From Saccostrea cucullata (lineage: Eukaryota), in contig NW_026938715.1 in NCBI RefSeq assembly GCF_032062105.1, positions 186,001-250,000 of the forward strand: 64,000 bases of DNA, given 5' to 3'. Shown one piece after another: positions 49,801 through 61,704 of the stretch (positions within the stretch are counted from its first letter, which is position 1; each line of letters opens with the position of its first letter). Position numbers and translations under genes: made by a program. The notes under the pieces are model-generated. The model did not search any database and was not told the origin of the DNA. It was given only the letters and a program-made list of their open reading frames with translations.

Positions 49801-51619
49801 ACCTAAAGTATGCTTTTGCACATTTTCTCTTGTACATTTTCCTTATTCGTCTTGTTTTTCCGCCGAAGTATCGCCGAAAATAGACAATGATGCATAATGA
49901 AATCATGCCAAACGATAACACAATAAAGTATTGTTTATCTTTACATTCTTTTTTGTGTAAAAATAGTAAACTGTTACTATTGAAAAGAAATATGTTCTTT
50001 TTAACTTTTGCGGGAAGGCTGATCTTTTATGATAGTAGATTTAAAAAATTAACCCTGAAAAAAGCCAGCTTTTTGACATTGAAAGCAGTCGAACAGATGA
50101 GAAATACTGATATCATCTTGCGCTCTACAGTCATGTAAATATACAGAAAATACAGAGGTTACATAAGCTACACTGTTTCTGTGTCTAGACAAGGCAACGG
50201 ACTGCTTGAAAAAGAACTGATACAAAGACGGTTTTACAAGAAACCATGAATACCATTTGGGAACTGTCAAATTCTATCATCCAAGAACATATCAAAATCC
50301 TACCAATTATTATGTTTGAATTAAGTTTGAAGTTAGTAAAATGAAACTTGAATTAAGTTATTGTTGTCTCCTTATACACTTTTGCAGTATTGTGCCGTTA
50401 ATTTGTTCGAAAAACCATGTAAGTTGAAAAAGGGCCTGGAGCTGCATAATTTGGATGCATTGTTATATGAAAGACATCAGAATAATGGCGAAGTTAAATC
50501 CAAATATTATTGCCTCATATCGACCAACCTTGCATATATATGATTTCACATAAATGTAGCATGTTTTGTTGCTGTACTACTTTTGTAATATGTTTTTTTC
50601 TTACACTGATGGCATATGGAAAGATTCACTCTACTAGTGATCCTTATAAGCTGCACGTATGTCATTAACGTGAATATAACCGGGTTCCTTGACTTCAGTC
50701 ACACTTTGCAAAGATGATACCACTTAAACTATGGGGATGATTACGTTTACATATATATGAATGTATACTTAAGTTTTTTGTGCAACCTTGTATAACGATG
50801 AATCAGATTGTCTACGTTTAAATTTAAAATTTTTCCTAGTATTGTGTGGTCGGTACATTATTCTGAGTAACTTAAAATTGTCCCATTTTTTAGTCTATCA
50901 CGATTCTAAAAGGAACTCTTAAAGAGTTTATTAGTAATTGTGCTGTATACACAGAACAATTAACCTTTTATAATTTTCAATTATTCTTTATTCATAAATG
51001 TGACCTCGTGACTTTTGAAAATAAATATAATACTGTAATCAGTTTTACCTATTCTAAATATTTTGCTGATTTACTTAAGAATATTTAATGATAAAAGAAG
51101 CAGGAATCATAAACGATAACTTCTATATTCAAAAGGGTAGGTCATTATGTAAAAACAAAGAAATATTCAGCTCTAATCGCTAAACGGCCATGAAAGTCTC
51201 TTCCAAAGTACATGAAAGCATAGTAATAATGCCTTATTTTCTTCGGATTGCCAGAGTAGCAAGATCGATCTGATCTGCAAACCCTTTTGTACATTGTTTT
51301 TGTAAAATATGAGGAACATGAATATTTGGAAGTAAATAAATAAGAATTTTAAACCAAACGTTTTTAGTTTACCAATTATAAAGAAATAAATTTTCATGTT
51401 CTTTATCTAATAATTAAGAAAGCAAATTGCTTTTAAAAAATATTATATAACAATTTTTTAATATATATGACTTAGGTCCATTTTTGAGCCAAGGCGTACA
51501 GTTAGAATTTTAGAAATTAAGGTTATTTTCCTAAAATAAACAATTTGCAGATATAATAATGTTTAATATATATAATGTCTTCGGTGCTCGGAAAGAAGCA
51601 AAAAAACCCTTTCAATGAT

Positions 51620-52630
51620 TAGATATTCTCCGTTAATTAAAGCGTATGCCCGAAACATTTGTTTCCAACTTCTGATTGTTTTCAGTGCACATTTTTGTGT
51701 ATGGCCCTTTGTATACTGGGATATGGCAGTTATTATCTGCCAATTATTATCTGGACTTTTTTCTTCTTTCTAAAAGTTTTTTTTTCAAGTTTGAAAAATG
51801 GAACAAGTCAAAGGTTGAACGATCTGGCGAATTTTGTTGGTTTGATAAAAAATTAATGTTCTGTTTATCCCCCAAAGTCCTTTACTCTTCTGGGCGTGTG
51901 GTTTTGGACTCTGTCATGAAGAAATTTAATGTAATGGATTCCTGATTCTTGGTCTTTCCTATCATAGATCTCTCGATTTTTTATCAAAATTTTGCTTTCG
52001 AGACTCCTCGAAAGAATTTGAACAACAAGACCACTAATATTTAAGAAAATGGCATATAAAACTGTCTTTGTGCGCTCTTGCAATTCTTTTCTTTCCTCAG
52101 ACCATTGCTGCTTTTGTCAAGTACATCTTATTGTAAATTTGTTTTGAAGGTTTAAAGCAATGGATTCGAATTCATTATCTGTTTGAATTTCAGACAAAAG
52201 TGGAAAACTACAATTTCTGATTAGAAAAAAATTGTATAGATATATTTGCACGCTGTAGTTTTAACTCATTTTTCAAAACATATGGTGACCTTTGAGTACC
52301 AAGCTTATTTGCTGTCAAAGTTTCTTTAAAGCAATGTGAACTACCCCCAAAATGATACCTATACAATTTGCTATGTGTTATAAAGTCAATCTAACATTAT
52401 TAGTAATAATTTGTTGAATTTTGGCAAACAGTGCACTCAGGTTGTTGTAAGTCTGTCGTCAAGGTCAGTATCCATTACTGATGCCCAAAATATAATTTTT
52501 TATCATTGAAATCCACCTGCTCAGCCGTTTATAAAGCAGACATTGGTTGCTGTAAATTTCACATATTTCAGTGAATATTTCTTTTGGATTCTTAACAAGT
52601 TTTTCAAAGCTTTAATGAAGCGTTTAATTT
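51620..52630 (-). pseudogene. Degenerate mariner transposase
   Basis: Fragments in order: KNPKEIFTEICEIY...RW (HTH), HIANCIGI..GVVHI, KTVLYAIFLN, IKFLHDRVQNHT (LLHDNA..HT), NSPDRSTFDLFHFSNLKK (YSPDLAP.DF), INGEYL. Many stops and frameshifts. Confidence 0.8.
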
Positions 52631-54080
52631 CACTCTACTTTACTTTACTGATTTTCTACCATTCGTTTTTAATGCAGTGTCTCGAATATCCCTTGTTTTC
52701 CAGCTTCTCACATTGAAACTATGTGATGAAAAGTGGTCACATAAACTGCTATCTATTCATTAAAGATTTAATCATGAGAAAAAGTCAAGTTTAATGTTAT
52801 AAGATTGCTATGTTGTATGTCATAGAGTTCAGGACATTTTTATTGAACAGCTCTCGTATATATATTAATGGCAAACAGTTAAGTTTTCAATAACAAATGT
52901 ATATTGGGAATTCAAACATTGGCTAGACAAAAAAAAAATAATCTTTTTTTTTTCTTTCACAAGATTGAAGTAAAAACATAGAATGATAAAGCCATTGCTA
53001 TTTTCCTTTAAGATAAAAGTAATTTTTTATTAATTAGAAACTAGTTGTTTATTTTTCCTCAATAACTGTTGGCTTTACTTGTACGGATTGATTGTTTGGC
53101 GTAAAATTTATAAACCTATATGTTAGAAAGCCAGTGTAACATTATTTGACTCATTCATAGTAAATCATATCATTGGCTGTTTGCAGTAATAAATATAGAT
53201 TTTGATTTTTCCACATTTTTGTCATTTAAATCTTGTACTTTCTAGATTTCATAACACAAAGTCTATTAATGTTACTTTTCTTATGTTCTAATGTTAGAAA
53301 AGAACTTATTTTTATAAAAAGAATTCTTGAATATAACAACTAAAGTCATCTTTATATTTTTAAAATTTTTATACGTTCAATTGAAAATTTTGTTACTTTC
53401 CAAATTTTCAAAATAATTAGGATAAGGATGGAAACAGAAAAGTGGAATTTTTTCAACATCGTAGTATATACATGTATGTTTACAATTTTTCAATATCTCA
53501 TTTGAAAAATTATTCTAAATTTTTACAACCAAAATAGTTCCCAAAACATATACAATTTTTACCATATTTTCTTCAGTTCTAATTGTGCAAATAAACTTCA
53601 GCCATTTCTATCACAGTTATCTAAATCAATAAACTAGATTAAAAAGAACTAAAGTAAGAATACACCGAGATACAAAAACTTCTTTATTATTATCATAAAA
53701 ACATTATTGAAAACGATACAAAAATCAGCAAGTCTAACATCTTCTGAAACAATTTTTTTATCGTACACTGATTTGTTTACACAGATGAGAGCCTGTCCAT
53801 GAATGCTATTTTCATAGAATTTAATATCTTAATCAATGACTGTCTATCGTTGAGAAAAAATGAAAGGAGATAAATTCTAAACTCGATCAAAATTTAATTA
53901 TAAACGAATAGTTAGAAACGTTGGGATGAAAGAAATCATCTGAAACAACTTCTTTCTAATTACATGTGTTGATACTCTTAAGGGATATAAACATCTGACT
54001 AATACTTGTATAAATAACCGGAAAATCCTAGAATGCTGAGTTATATGAAAGAAGTATCACTGCATCCTGAATTTTATATG

Positions 54081-54085
<5 letters not shown>

Positions 54086-54172
<87 letters not shown>
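54086..54172. repeat. (GA)n microsatellite
   Basis: About 43 perfect dinucleotide units. Confidence 0.97.
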
Positions 54173-54174
<2 letters not shown>

Positions 54175-54543
54175 AATCTGATGAACAATCTTTTTCCATA
54201 TTCATATTTCCATAGTATAAAAAAGACATTTTCGATTACGCATGTATATTTCATATACACTGTATATTGAATTATCAATTTACATCACAAAAGAAGCTCT
54301 ATACTTTAAGATTTCACAATTTCATTGTAATGAAAAAATACCAGAGCATATTTTGTGAGTACCAATCAACCGTAGTCAAGAGCACCGAGGGTTATTTGGG
54401 TATCACAGAATATGTAATTGATTAAAAAAAATTCAAAAAATATATGCCAAAAATTTAAACCACTGGTACTCAGTTTTGTTCCAGTATTCGTGATATACAT
54501 GTACGAGTCGTTTTTTTTTTACTATCTGTATATTGTTTTTTTT

Positions 54544-55686
54544 TTATTTTGCATTTAATGGACAGCTGTCTTCTAGACTCATTGGCATGTAATCATCTGT
54601 GTCCTCAAATTTAACATCACCAGGTCGACTGTTGGACATGTCCAAATAATCATCGACATTTCCAGACTTACGCACTGATGGTTCTGAGGTACTTTTGGCG
54701 TTTCTAAATAGTAGCCTCAACCTGTCTCTTAATACCTTGGGGTCGTCCACATATCTGCCAGGACTGTCAACAGAAATGCTTTTTTCTGGAGGTTTGTGAG
54801 CTCGTTCATGCTGAGCAGACAGGTCTGGACTTGTGTATCTGTGTTTGAAAGGGGTAAAGTTTTTAGAGAACTTTGGCGGTGGTGGTCTGGCAGGCTTTGG
54901 CTTTTTAGCTGGTTTCGTGGAAGATTTGGTTAGATCGTTCGAAACATTACTTGAAACAATCACCGATTGGGACTGAAGTCCTCTTTCCTCTATGCAATTG
55001 TCCATTCCCTGATTCAATTCCGATTTCTTTTTCTCTTTTTCATCCTCCGAATTTTCGGTTTTCTGTACAGTTCCAGGCCTATGTGCGAATTCATATTCAC
55101 AAGTTTCATCATTCTTCTTACTTACATCTGACGTAGATCCAGTTTGTAACACAACATTTTGATAACCCGATTCCTGATTGTCGTTTTCTAATTTAAATTC
55201 AAGTTGCTCAACGTTTTGATAAATACTACTTGCTTCTCCATTTTCTTCTCCTTTAATATCAGAGGAATCATCTGATGCTTTTGGAGTTTTACACGTTTCG
55301 ATGTTTTCATAAAGACATTCTTCAACAGGTTGTTTGAGCTTGTTTTCTTCCTCGGGAAATACATGTGTCGTGGGATTAACAATAGCAACCTTTTTCATTG
55401 ATTTCGATTCATTCTGCATGTCAGCAACCGGTTGAAGATAATCATCAAGACTATCGTCAGTGCTGTTGCTGGCAGTAGAATGCAATGACCGGTTATTTCT
55501 CATCTGCAAAGATTCTATGACGTCATCATTGAGTTCTTCTGCTGATTTTGAGCGTTTGAGATCATAACCCGGGTTATTTACACCAACGTCATGAAGACTT
55601 TCCAAACTACTGAGATCAGAGATGGATTGACTTTGTTCCTTACATTTGCTGTGTGAGAAAAGTCTCAGTTTGCGCAGCAGGAACAT
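54544..55686 (-). CDS. Uncharacterised disordered protein rich in pTyr motifs with PARPPPPKF (putative signalling adaptor, paralog B), 380 aa
   Basis: 1143-bp ORF behind an acceptor at 55700-55701, with an in-frame TAA just upstream of the ATG. Motifs YLQP, YENI, YQNV x2, YEFA, YLDM, YMPM. Confidence 0.82.
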   Translation of the reverse strand: MFLLRKLRLFSHSKCKEQSQSISDLSSLESLHDVGVNNPGYDLKRSKSAEELNDDVIESLQMRNNRSLHSTASNSTDDSLDDYLQPVADMQNESKSMKKVAIVNPTTHVFPEEENKLKQPVEECLYENIETCKTPKASDDSSDIKGEENGEASSIYQNVEQLEFKLENDNQESGYQNVVLQTGSTSDVSKKNDETCEYEFAHRPGTVQKTENSEDEKEKKKSELNQGMDNCIEERGLQSQSVIVSSNVSNDLTKSSTKPAKKPKPARPPPPKFSKNFTPFKHRYTSPDLSAQHERAHKPPEKSISVDSPGRYVDDPKVLRDRLRLLFRNAKSTSEPSVRKSGNVDDYLDMSNSRPGDVKFEDTDDYMPMSLEDSCPLNAK

Positions 55687-57399
55687 TCTTTTTTACCTCC
55701 TGGAATAGAAGAGCTTTTAATTAAAACATAATTAAAACATAAAACTTAAACCTTTATTTTCATTATAAATAATATGTGCAAGAATACATAGCAATTTTTA
55801 TTTTTTTTTTAATTCGTGAGGCCTATACCTATAAGTCTTAAACTGCAGCTTGTTTTTTTTATCTTTATTACACAACACGAACGTTGTATACAAACAATTA
55901 TGCTGAACTACTTATATAAGAAACACTCATCTGCCTCACGTTTATAACAACATTTAATGCGTATAATTTCCGGGAACTAATGCCTAAGTGTACCAAAAGA
56001 CCTTGGATGTTGTCTGAGTTTACTTGACTCATGAAAAGGGATGTGCAAGCACACTCGCTGTCTGGGAAAATACATTCAAATTAAGAGAAAGGTACTTTTA
56101 AAGCAGTGTGTGACATAAGTAAATTGATTACACAATAAAACCTACTTGAAGATGCATTATTCCCTTTGATATGTTTTTGTCATTTCAATAGTGAAGCAAC
56201 CATGTGTCAGCATTGAACATAGTGACAGGATGCAGTCAGAGTCATCTTCCAATTGCGAAACATCCCAACAAAGTTAATTAAAGTTTAAAGAGAGTAGAGA
56301 CCAATTTTAGCGAGGAAAAAATAAATTCAAAATTTTTTAGGGGTTCTGCAGTTTTATTATTATTATTATTAATTACGAAATCTTATACCTTGAATTGGAA
56401 TTTCTTTTTTTTTCTCTCTCTCTCTAGGAATAAAATTTTAATCCTTCTCGCGAAATGTTCAAATACATTTTGTGCAGTTTAGATTAATGATAAGTTTGAA
56501 AAGTTGAATAAATAAAATTTGTTTACCATTTATTAGATACAATTAGATTTAGATTTGTCATTTATTTTACTCTAGTTTATAGTTTAAATGTCAACGTTAA
56601 AATTCAAATTCAGTATGATTTAGCAACTGGATATTAATATGTACATGCATCTTAGATATTTTAATTATACCCTATTGATTAAAACTTGTGCTCTATTTAT
56701 CCTTTTCTTTTTGACAAATAATTACTCCAGACAATTATAAAAGTCTCCTTCTCTTAGACTGTGCGAACAGTTCGAAATTGTGCATTTTTTCATTTCTAAT
56801 TTAGATTATATAGAAAACTTTTTTTTATTTTACATCTGGGCTTTTTGTAAAAAATTATCACATAAACATATATGCAGACTAATTTACAATAGAATATTAG
56901 TGAAAAGAAGTTTTTGCTGATTAGAATATTGGAATGTCGAAGTTCCAAAATAATGAATTTTAATCTTATGAAAAATAAAGCACTTACATGAAGTATATCT
57001 GGATTAATAGCCACTCAAAGAGAATTCGTCTTGTGAAATATTTTCCTGTACAGAATATAATTTTGACAACATACCGAGACAAAGGTTCCGGAAGCTCTCA
57101 ACAGATGGCGGAAATTGGTCAGTGTATAACAGTCAACATCCGGTAGTAAGTATCCCTCGATGAATTGATAAGTTAGTGGCGGATCAAGGATAATACAAGG
57201 AAAATTGTAGATTTTTTAAATAAAAATCAAAACATATTCATAGTTAAGCATCCCACCTTAATTTACCCCAGTAGGGAAAGTTAAGGGGTCGAGTTTAAGC
57301 ATGCTCGATTCTACTTTACATGTGACGTGTACTAAGGTTGTTTTCAAAAAATATAAATCTTTCGTGATAACCCTAATTAACTGAGAAGAAAACTTTGAA

Positions 57400-57996
57400 G
57401 GTTTTCTCCATTTACTGCTATCTTAATTTTGATCGCTCATTGTGGTTACAAGCTACCCCTTGGGGTCTTAATGGTTCCACTCTACCCCTCGGGATTATGA
57501 TTTTAATAAACTTGAATCTACATGAGGATAATACTTCATTACGACGTTGACTAACGATGGCTTTAACATCGTATTTACTGACTGACTGTTATTGAGAAGT
57601 TTTTTTTATAATATTCTTGCGTATCATTTTGATCGTTTAGTGTAACATTATCCTAGCACGGAGAGGGGTTCATAATTTCGATAAAGAAGCTTGTTAAATT
57701 TTTATCATTTTTGAACTAGTGATAACTGAGTAAAAGATTTCTTTTAATGTCATTTTATTTTTATTAAGTATCTATACCTCCCTTTGCAGGAGAATATAGT
57801 TCTTCATTTGAGCAAATTTTAGTCCCCTTTAGCCAATGATACTTTTTGGCAAGTTTGTTTGAAATTGGCCAATTAATTCCGTAAAAAAAGAAAATGGAAA
57901 GAAAACAGAAAAAAAGATCGATGTGACACTCCAGACGGACACCGGACATTCTTCAGTTTGAAAGCTGACCTGAACTTTTGACAAAAGTGAACTAAA
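57400..57996 (-). mobile_element. Old degenerate Helentron/satellite-type element
   Basis: Decayed copies of the units at 58860-59607, with a similar terminus (AAAGCTGACCTGAACTTT...GTGAACTAAAAA). Confidence 0.5.
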
Positions 57997-58859
57997 AATC
58001 ATTTCCCAAAGACAAAAGAATGTTGGTTATCAGATCAGACGACAGCAGCCCAAGACTTTTAAAACCCTTTCACCAAGAATGAAAATAGGCTTAATCGTTT
58101 AACCTATATTTGATCTTGTCACACGAGTAAATTTGGAATAAAAGTTATTTTTTGTGCAGTATATCTTTGTAAATGCTACCCGATCAATGCATAGAGCTCA
58201 CGGCGAGAGTTAGTCGTCAACAGGGGATGCTTACTCCTGCTAGGCACCTGATCCAATTTCTAAAATTGTCAAGTGTCCTTCCTAAATATCCTCTTTACAT
58301 ATCTGTATTGTTCATTGAAATTTGTTCAGATCGACTACTGGTTGTTATCGCCATCTTTTTAATTTGAACACAAACGAACGCATAAAATCTCAAAAATAAA
58401 AAAAATATAATTATTTATATAACATCAAATGATAATATTACAAAAATCAATTTTTATTTTTTATGTAAGCAAAGATCTCTTTAGTAATATATCTTTCTGT
58501 CCGTAAATACTTTTAAACAAATATGAATCTTTTTATTCGAGAATTATTGTGTGGAAAACCTGGTTGAAATGTTAGAAGACAAATTCAGAAGCTTTTTATT
58601 GAAAATAGACACATGAATAAAACAATCTAATTTTTAGCCAAAGCATAACGTAAAAAGTTTAAGAGTAAAAAATGTGCTTGATACAAACAATATAAAGCTT
58701 TTGATATGTACAGAAAGATTGACGAATTACAATAGATATTAAATAAAATGTGAAATTTTCGTTCTTTCAACAGTATTCAACGAATTATCATATAATTAAA
58801 TAAATCAAGTAGAAATGGAAATATGTATACGAGGGTTGAACCAAAAATAATGTCAAAAT

Positions 58860-59429
58860 GTCCATTTTAAAAATATGATTTATAGTAAAACTTCGATCCC
58901 CCATTGTGGCCCCATCCTCTCCCTGGGTGTTGTGATTTGAACAAACTAGAATCTACTTTATCTGAAGATGATTTCAAATAAATATCAATAATCATGGCTT
59001 CATCTTTCCTGGCCCAGTGATTCTTGAAAAGAATATTTTTAAAAAGATTTTTCCTATCTACTACTATGTAAAACTTTGATCAGCAATTGCGGCCCCATCC
59101 TACCCCTAGGGGTCATGATGTGTACAAATTTGAACCTATACTACCTGAGGATAATTTCATCTTTTCGTCTTTCCTGGCCAAGTGGTTGAGGAGAAGATTT
59201 TAAAAGATTTTTCCTATACACTCCTATGTTAAACTTTGATCGACTATTGTGGCCCCGCCCTACCCACGAGGATCATGATTTGAAAAAAAATTAATTTTAC
59301 ACTGCCTGAGGATGCGTCCCCATGAGTTTCATCTCCCCTGGTTCAGTGGTTATTGAGAGGAAGATTTTTTTTTAAATGCCATTAATTTACGCTTATTCAT
59401 AATTATCTCCCCTTGGCAGAGGACATGGT

Positions 59430-59462
<33 letters not shown>

Positions 59463-59607
59463 TAAGAATACTTTGTGGCAGGTTTGGTTTAAATTGGTTA
59501 AGCGAGGAGAAGATTAAAAAGTTTACGACGACGAAGACAACGGCAGACAACGGACAAATTTTGATCAGAAAAGATCACTTGAGCCTTCGGCTCAGGTTAG
59601 CTGAAAA
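58860..59607 (-). mobile_element. Helentron-type non-autonomous element with ~170-bp internal tandem repeats (oyster satellite-like)
   Basis: About 3 units of TGTGGCCCC..CCTACCC...CATGATTTGAACAAACT.GAATCTAC; terminus GACAACGGAC...TCACTTGAGCCTTCGGCTCAGGTTAGCTGAAAA. Confidence 0.75.
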
Positions 59608-59954
59608 GTTCCCATCATGGGTAAAATATTTAACAGAATCTTTATATCAATTCATTAATTAAATTCTGTAATTTCAGACTGGTAATGAATTAAGTATATG
59701 AAATATATATAAGAGGCTTATAGATCACATGGTCACCTGAAAGTTTTATGCTCAATTTGACGAATACATGTACAGTGATAATTACATAATGATACATTGA
59801 GGTTTTGCGTGGAAAACGCAATATAAAGGAGTGTGTTTACCTTAGTGCAGTTATACTGTCTCCTGACTGCATCTAGTTACTATTAAAATTAATTGAGAGT
59901 TAATTGGATTTTAATTAATCTGATTGATCAATTTGGTCGAATTTCAATTTTTTA

Positions 59955-60655
59955 AGAACAAAGAGAGGTGTGATGCCAAAGTAAGAGAGACCAAGTTAGA
60001 GCCTGGGATGAAGTTTTGGTTTGGAATGTTGGTTTAAATGGTAAGAACAAATTAGCTGAAAAGTGGGAGGAAACTATTTATACTGTTAAGGAAATTCCAA
60101 ATCCAGATGTTCCTGTTTTCAGAGTGAAAGCAAAGGGTATACCAGGCAGAACAAGAACTTAAATATGCTTCTCCTTTATTCTGTTTTCAGGAGGGGGGAA
60201 GGAAATACAGAGAAACCAACTAGAAGGTAGGAAACAGAGGCAAAAACAAAGCGGAGATAGACAGGTGTCAGCAGCGACAAAAAAATTCATTCATTGGATT
60301 CATCAGAAACAAAGGGTAAAAGTGACAAAGAAGAGTTGACGACGAGAGTGAAGAGTGTTGAAGACAATTAAGATCAACGGAAGACAAACCTGCACAGCCC
60401 TCATCTACCGGTATTCAAGATATTTCATCAGTAGTTGATGAAGGTTATAGTTATTCAGGTATTAGTCTAAGTTTCAATTATCATTTCAGTACTCGGAGCT
60501 GGGGTTAACGATTCATCCCACAGTGGAAATGAGCCAGTTAAACTAAAGACAGTGTACTTGAAGTGTCACAGAGAGCTCTAACCTTAAGTCGCTCAGCAAG
60601 AGTTAAGAAGCAGCCAGACTGGTATGGTCAATGGCTAAGTTCAGAAAAACATTGA
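59955..60655 (+). mobile_element. Gypsy LTR-retrotransposon integrase C-terminal remnant
   Basis: LEPG/DEVLVWNVGLNGKNKLAEKWEETIYTVKEIPNPDVPVFRVK...RTL, and terminal LSRSARVKKQPDWYG; frameshifted. Confidence 0.75.
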
Positions 60656-60944
60656 TTGAAATATAGACGCTCGGAGTAAAGTGATTAGTGAACTCAAAGA
60701 CTTCTTTGAAGTGAAGATAGTGTTTTATCATTGTTTGTTTTTTACTTATATAAATATTTTTCTAAATAAATGAATTTATGCATTACATTCATTGATACAT
60801 GTTGTTTATTTAAAGATAAAAAGTTGATACTCTGATTTACAGTGCAACCATATTCCGACCTTGTAATGGTCCGACAGTGTTATGGTCCGACACCATCATA
60901 GTCCAAATTATCTAAGATCAGCAAAAGATTGGCTCCCTCAGCGA

Positions 60945-61597
60945 AGATCCGACGTTGAATCAATGTTAGCAATTCAACTCAATTTGAATTCAATGTTGAT
61001 TCAACGTGAAATTTTCAACGTTGAAAAGTCAACGTTGAATCAATATTGAATCTAGATTTATCAACGTCTAAACTCAACTTCAACTAAAATTCAACGTTAA
61101 AACAACGTTGTGTGACTGCTGGGTAAACTCAACTTCAACTATTATTATGCCTCATATAAATAAACACAATTAAAGAAGAATTTGATTGGCTGAGGTAGTC
61201 ACGTGATCGTCGTTTTCGCCCTGCAACAAAACTTCGTGTTTCTCGCATTCGGTTCACCTCGGCTGACTACGCTATCATACATCTAGATGTAATCAGCTTG
61301 GTTTACAGAACGTGTTTCACGCCGTGTTCCCCAACTGTGACGTCACAATGCGGCGAATGCAAGTTGGTTTTTCATATTGTTCTCATAATTTTTTTACTTT
61401 ATTTATTGGATTCTCTTTATATTTTTTGCATTGTGCTTGATTCGGTATAATAAAATAATTATTGCATGATAGTGAGGGAGACATTGCCCTCGGGGAATAT
61501 GATTTTTCATGGGCGAAGAAATCTTCATGTCTCCCTCACTATCATGCAATAATTGTATAATATATAACGTTTAAATAACGTTGTGTGCCTGCTGGGC
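60945..61597. mobile_element. End of a DNA transposon with TCAACG subterminal repeats; duplicated terminus interrupted by an insertion
   Basis: Repeated (T)CAACGTTGA units; terminus AACGTTGTGTG.CTGCTGGG at ~61123 and ~61597. Confidence 0.55.
61142..61560 (-). mobile_element. Non-autonomous Crypton-like element
   Basis: Terminal hairpin 61456-61554 (AATTATTGCATGATAGTGAGGGAGACAT arms). Adjacent 61428-61450 is an imperfect inverted copy of the far end 61144-61178. The element splits the host repeat. Confidence 0.7.
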
Positions 61598-61704
61598 CCA
61601 TAACAAAATATTGACATTACCATCATATTCTTACCTATGACGTCACATATGGCGGCTTCTGAATAACATTGAATAACATTTGATACGACGAATTATTCCT
61701 CTAT

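Noticed and set aside
50060-50530. Possible decayed transposase fragment on the + strand (YHLALYSHVNIQKIQRL)
   Set aside because: Multiple stops and too little recognisable motif to assign.
54057-54278. 73-aa ORF with an LS repeat
   Set aside because: Translation of the (GA)n microsatellite.
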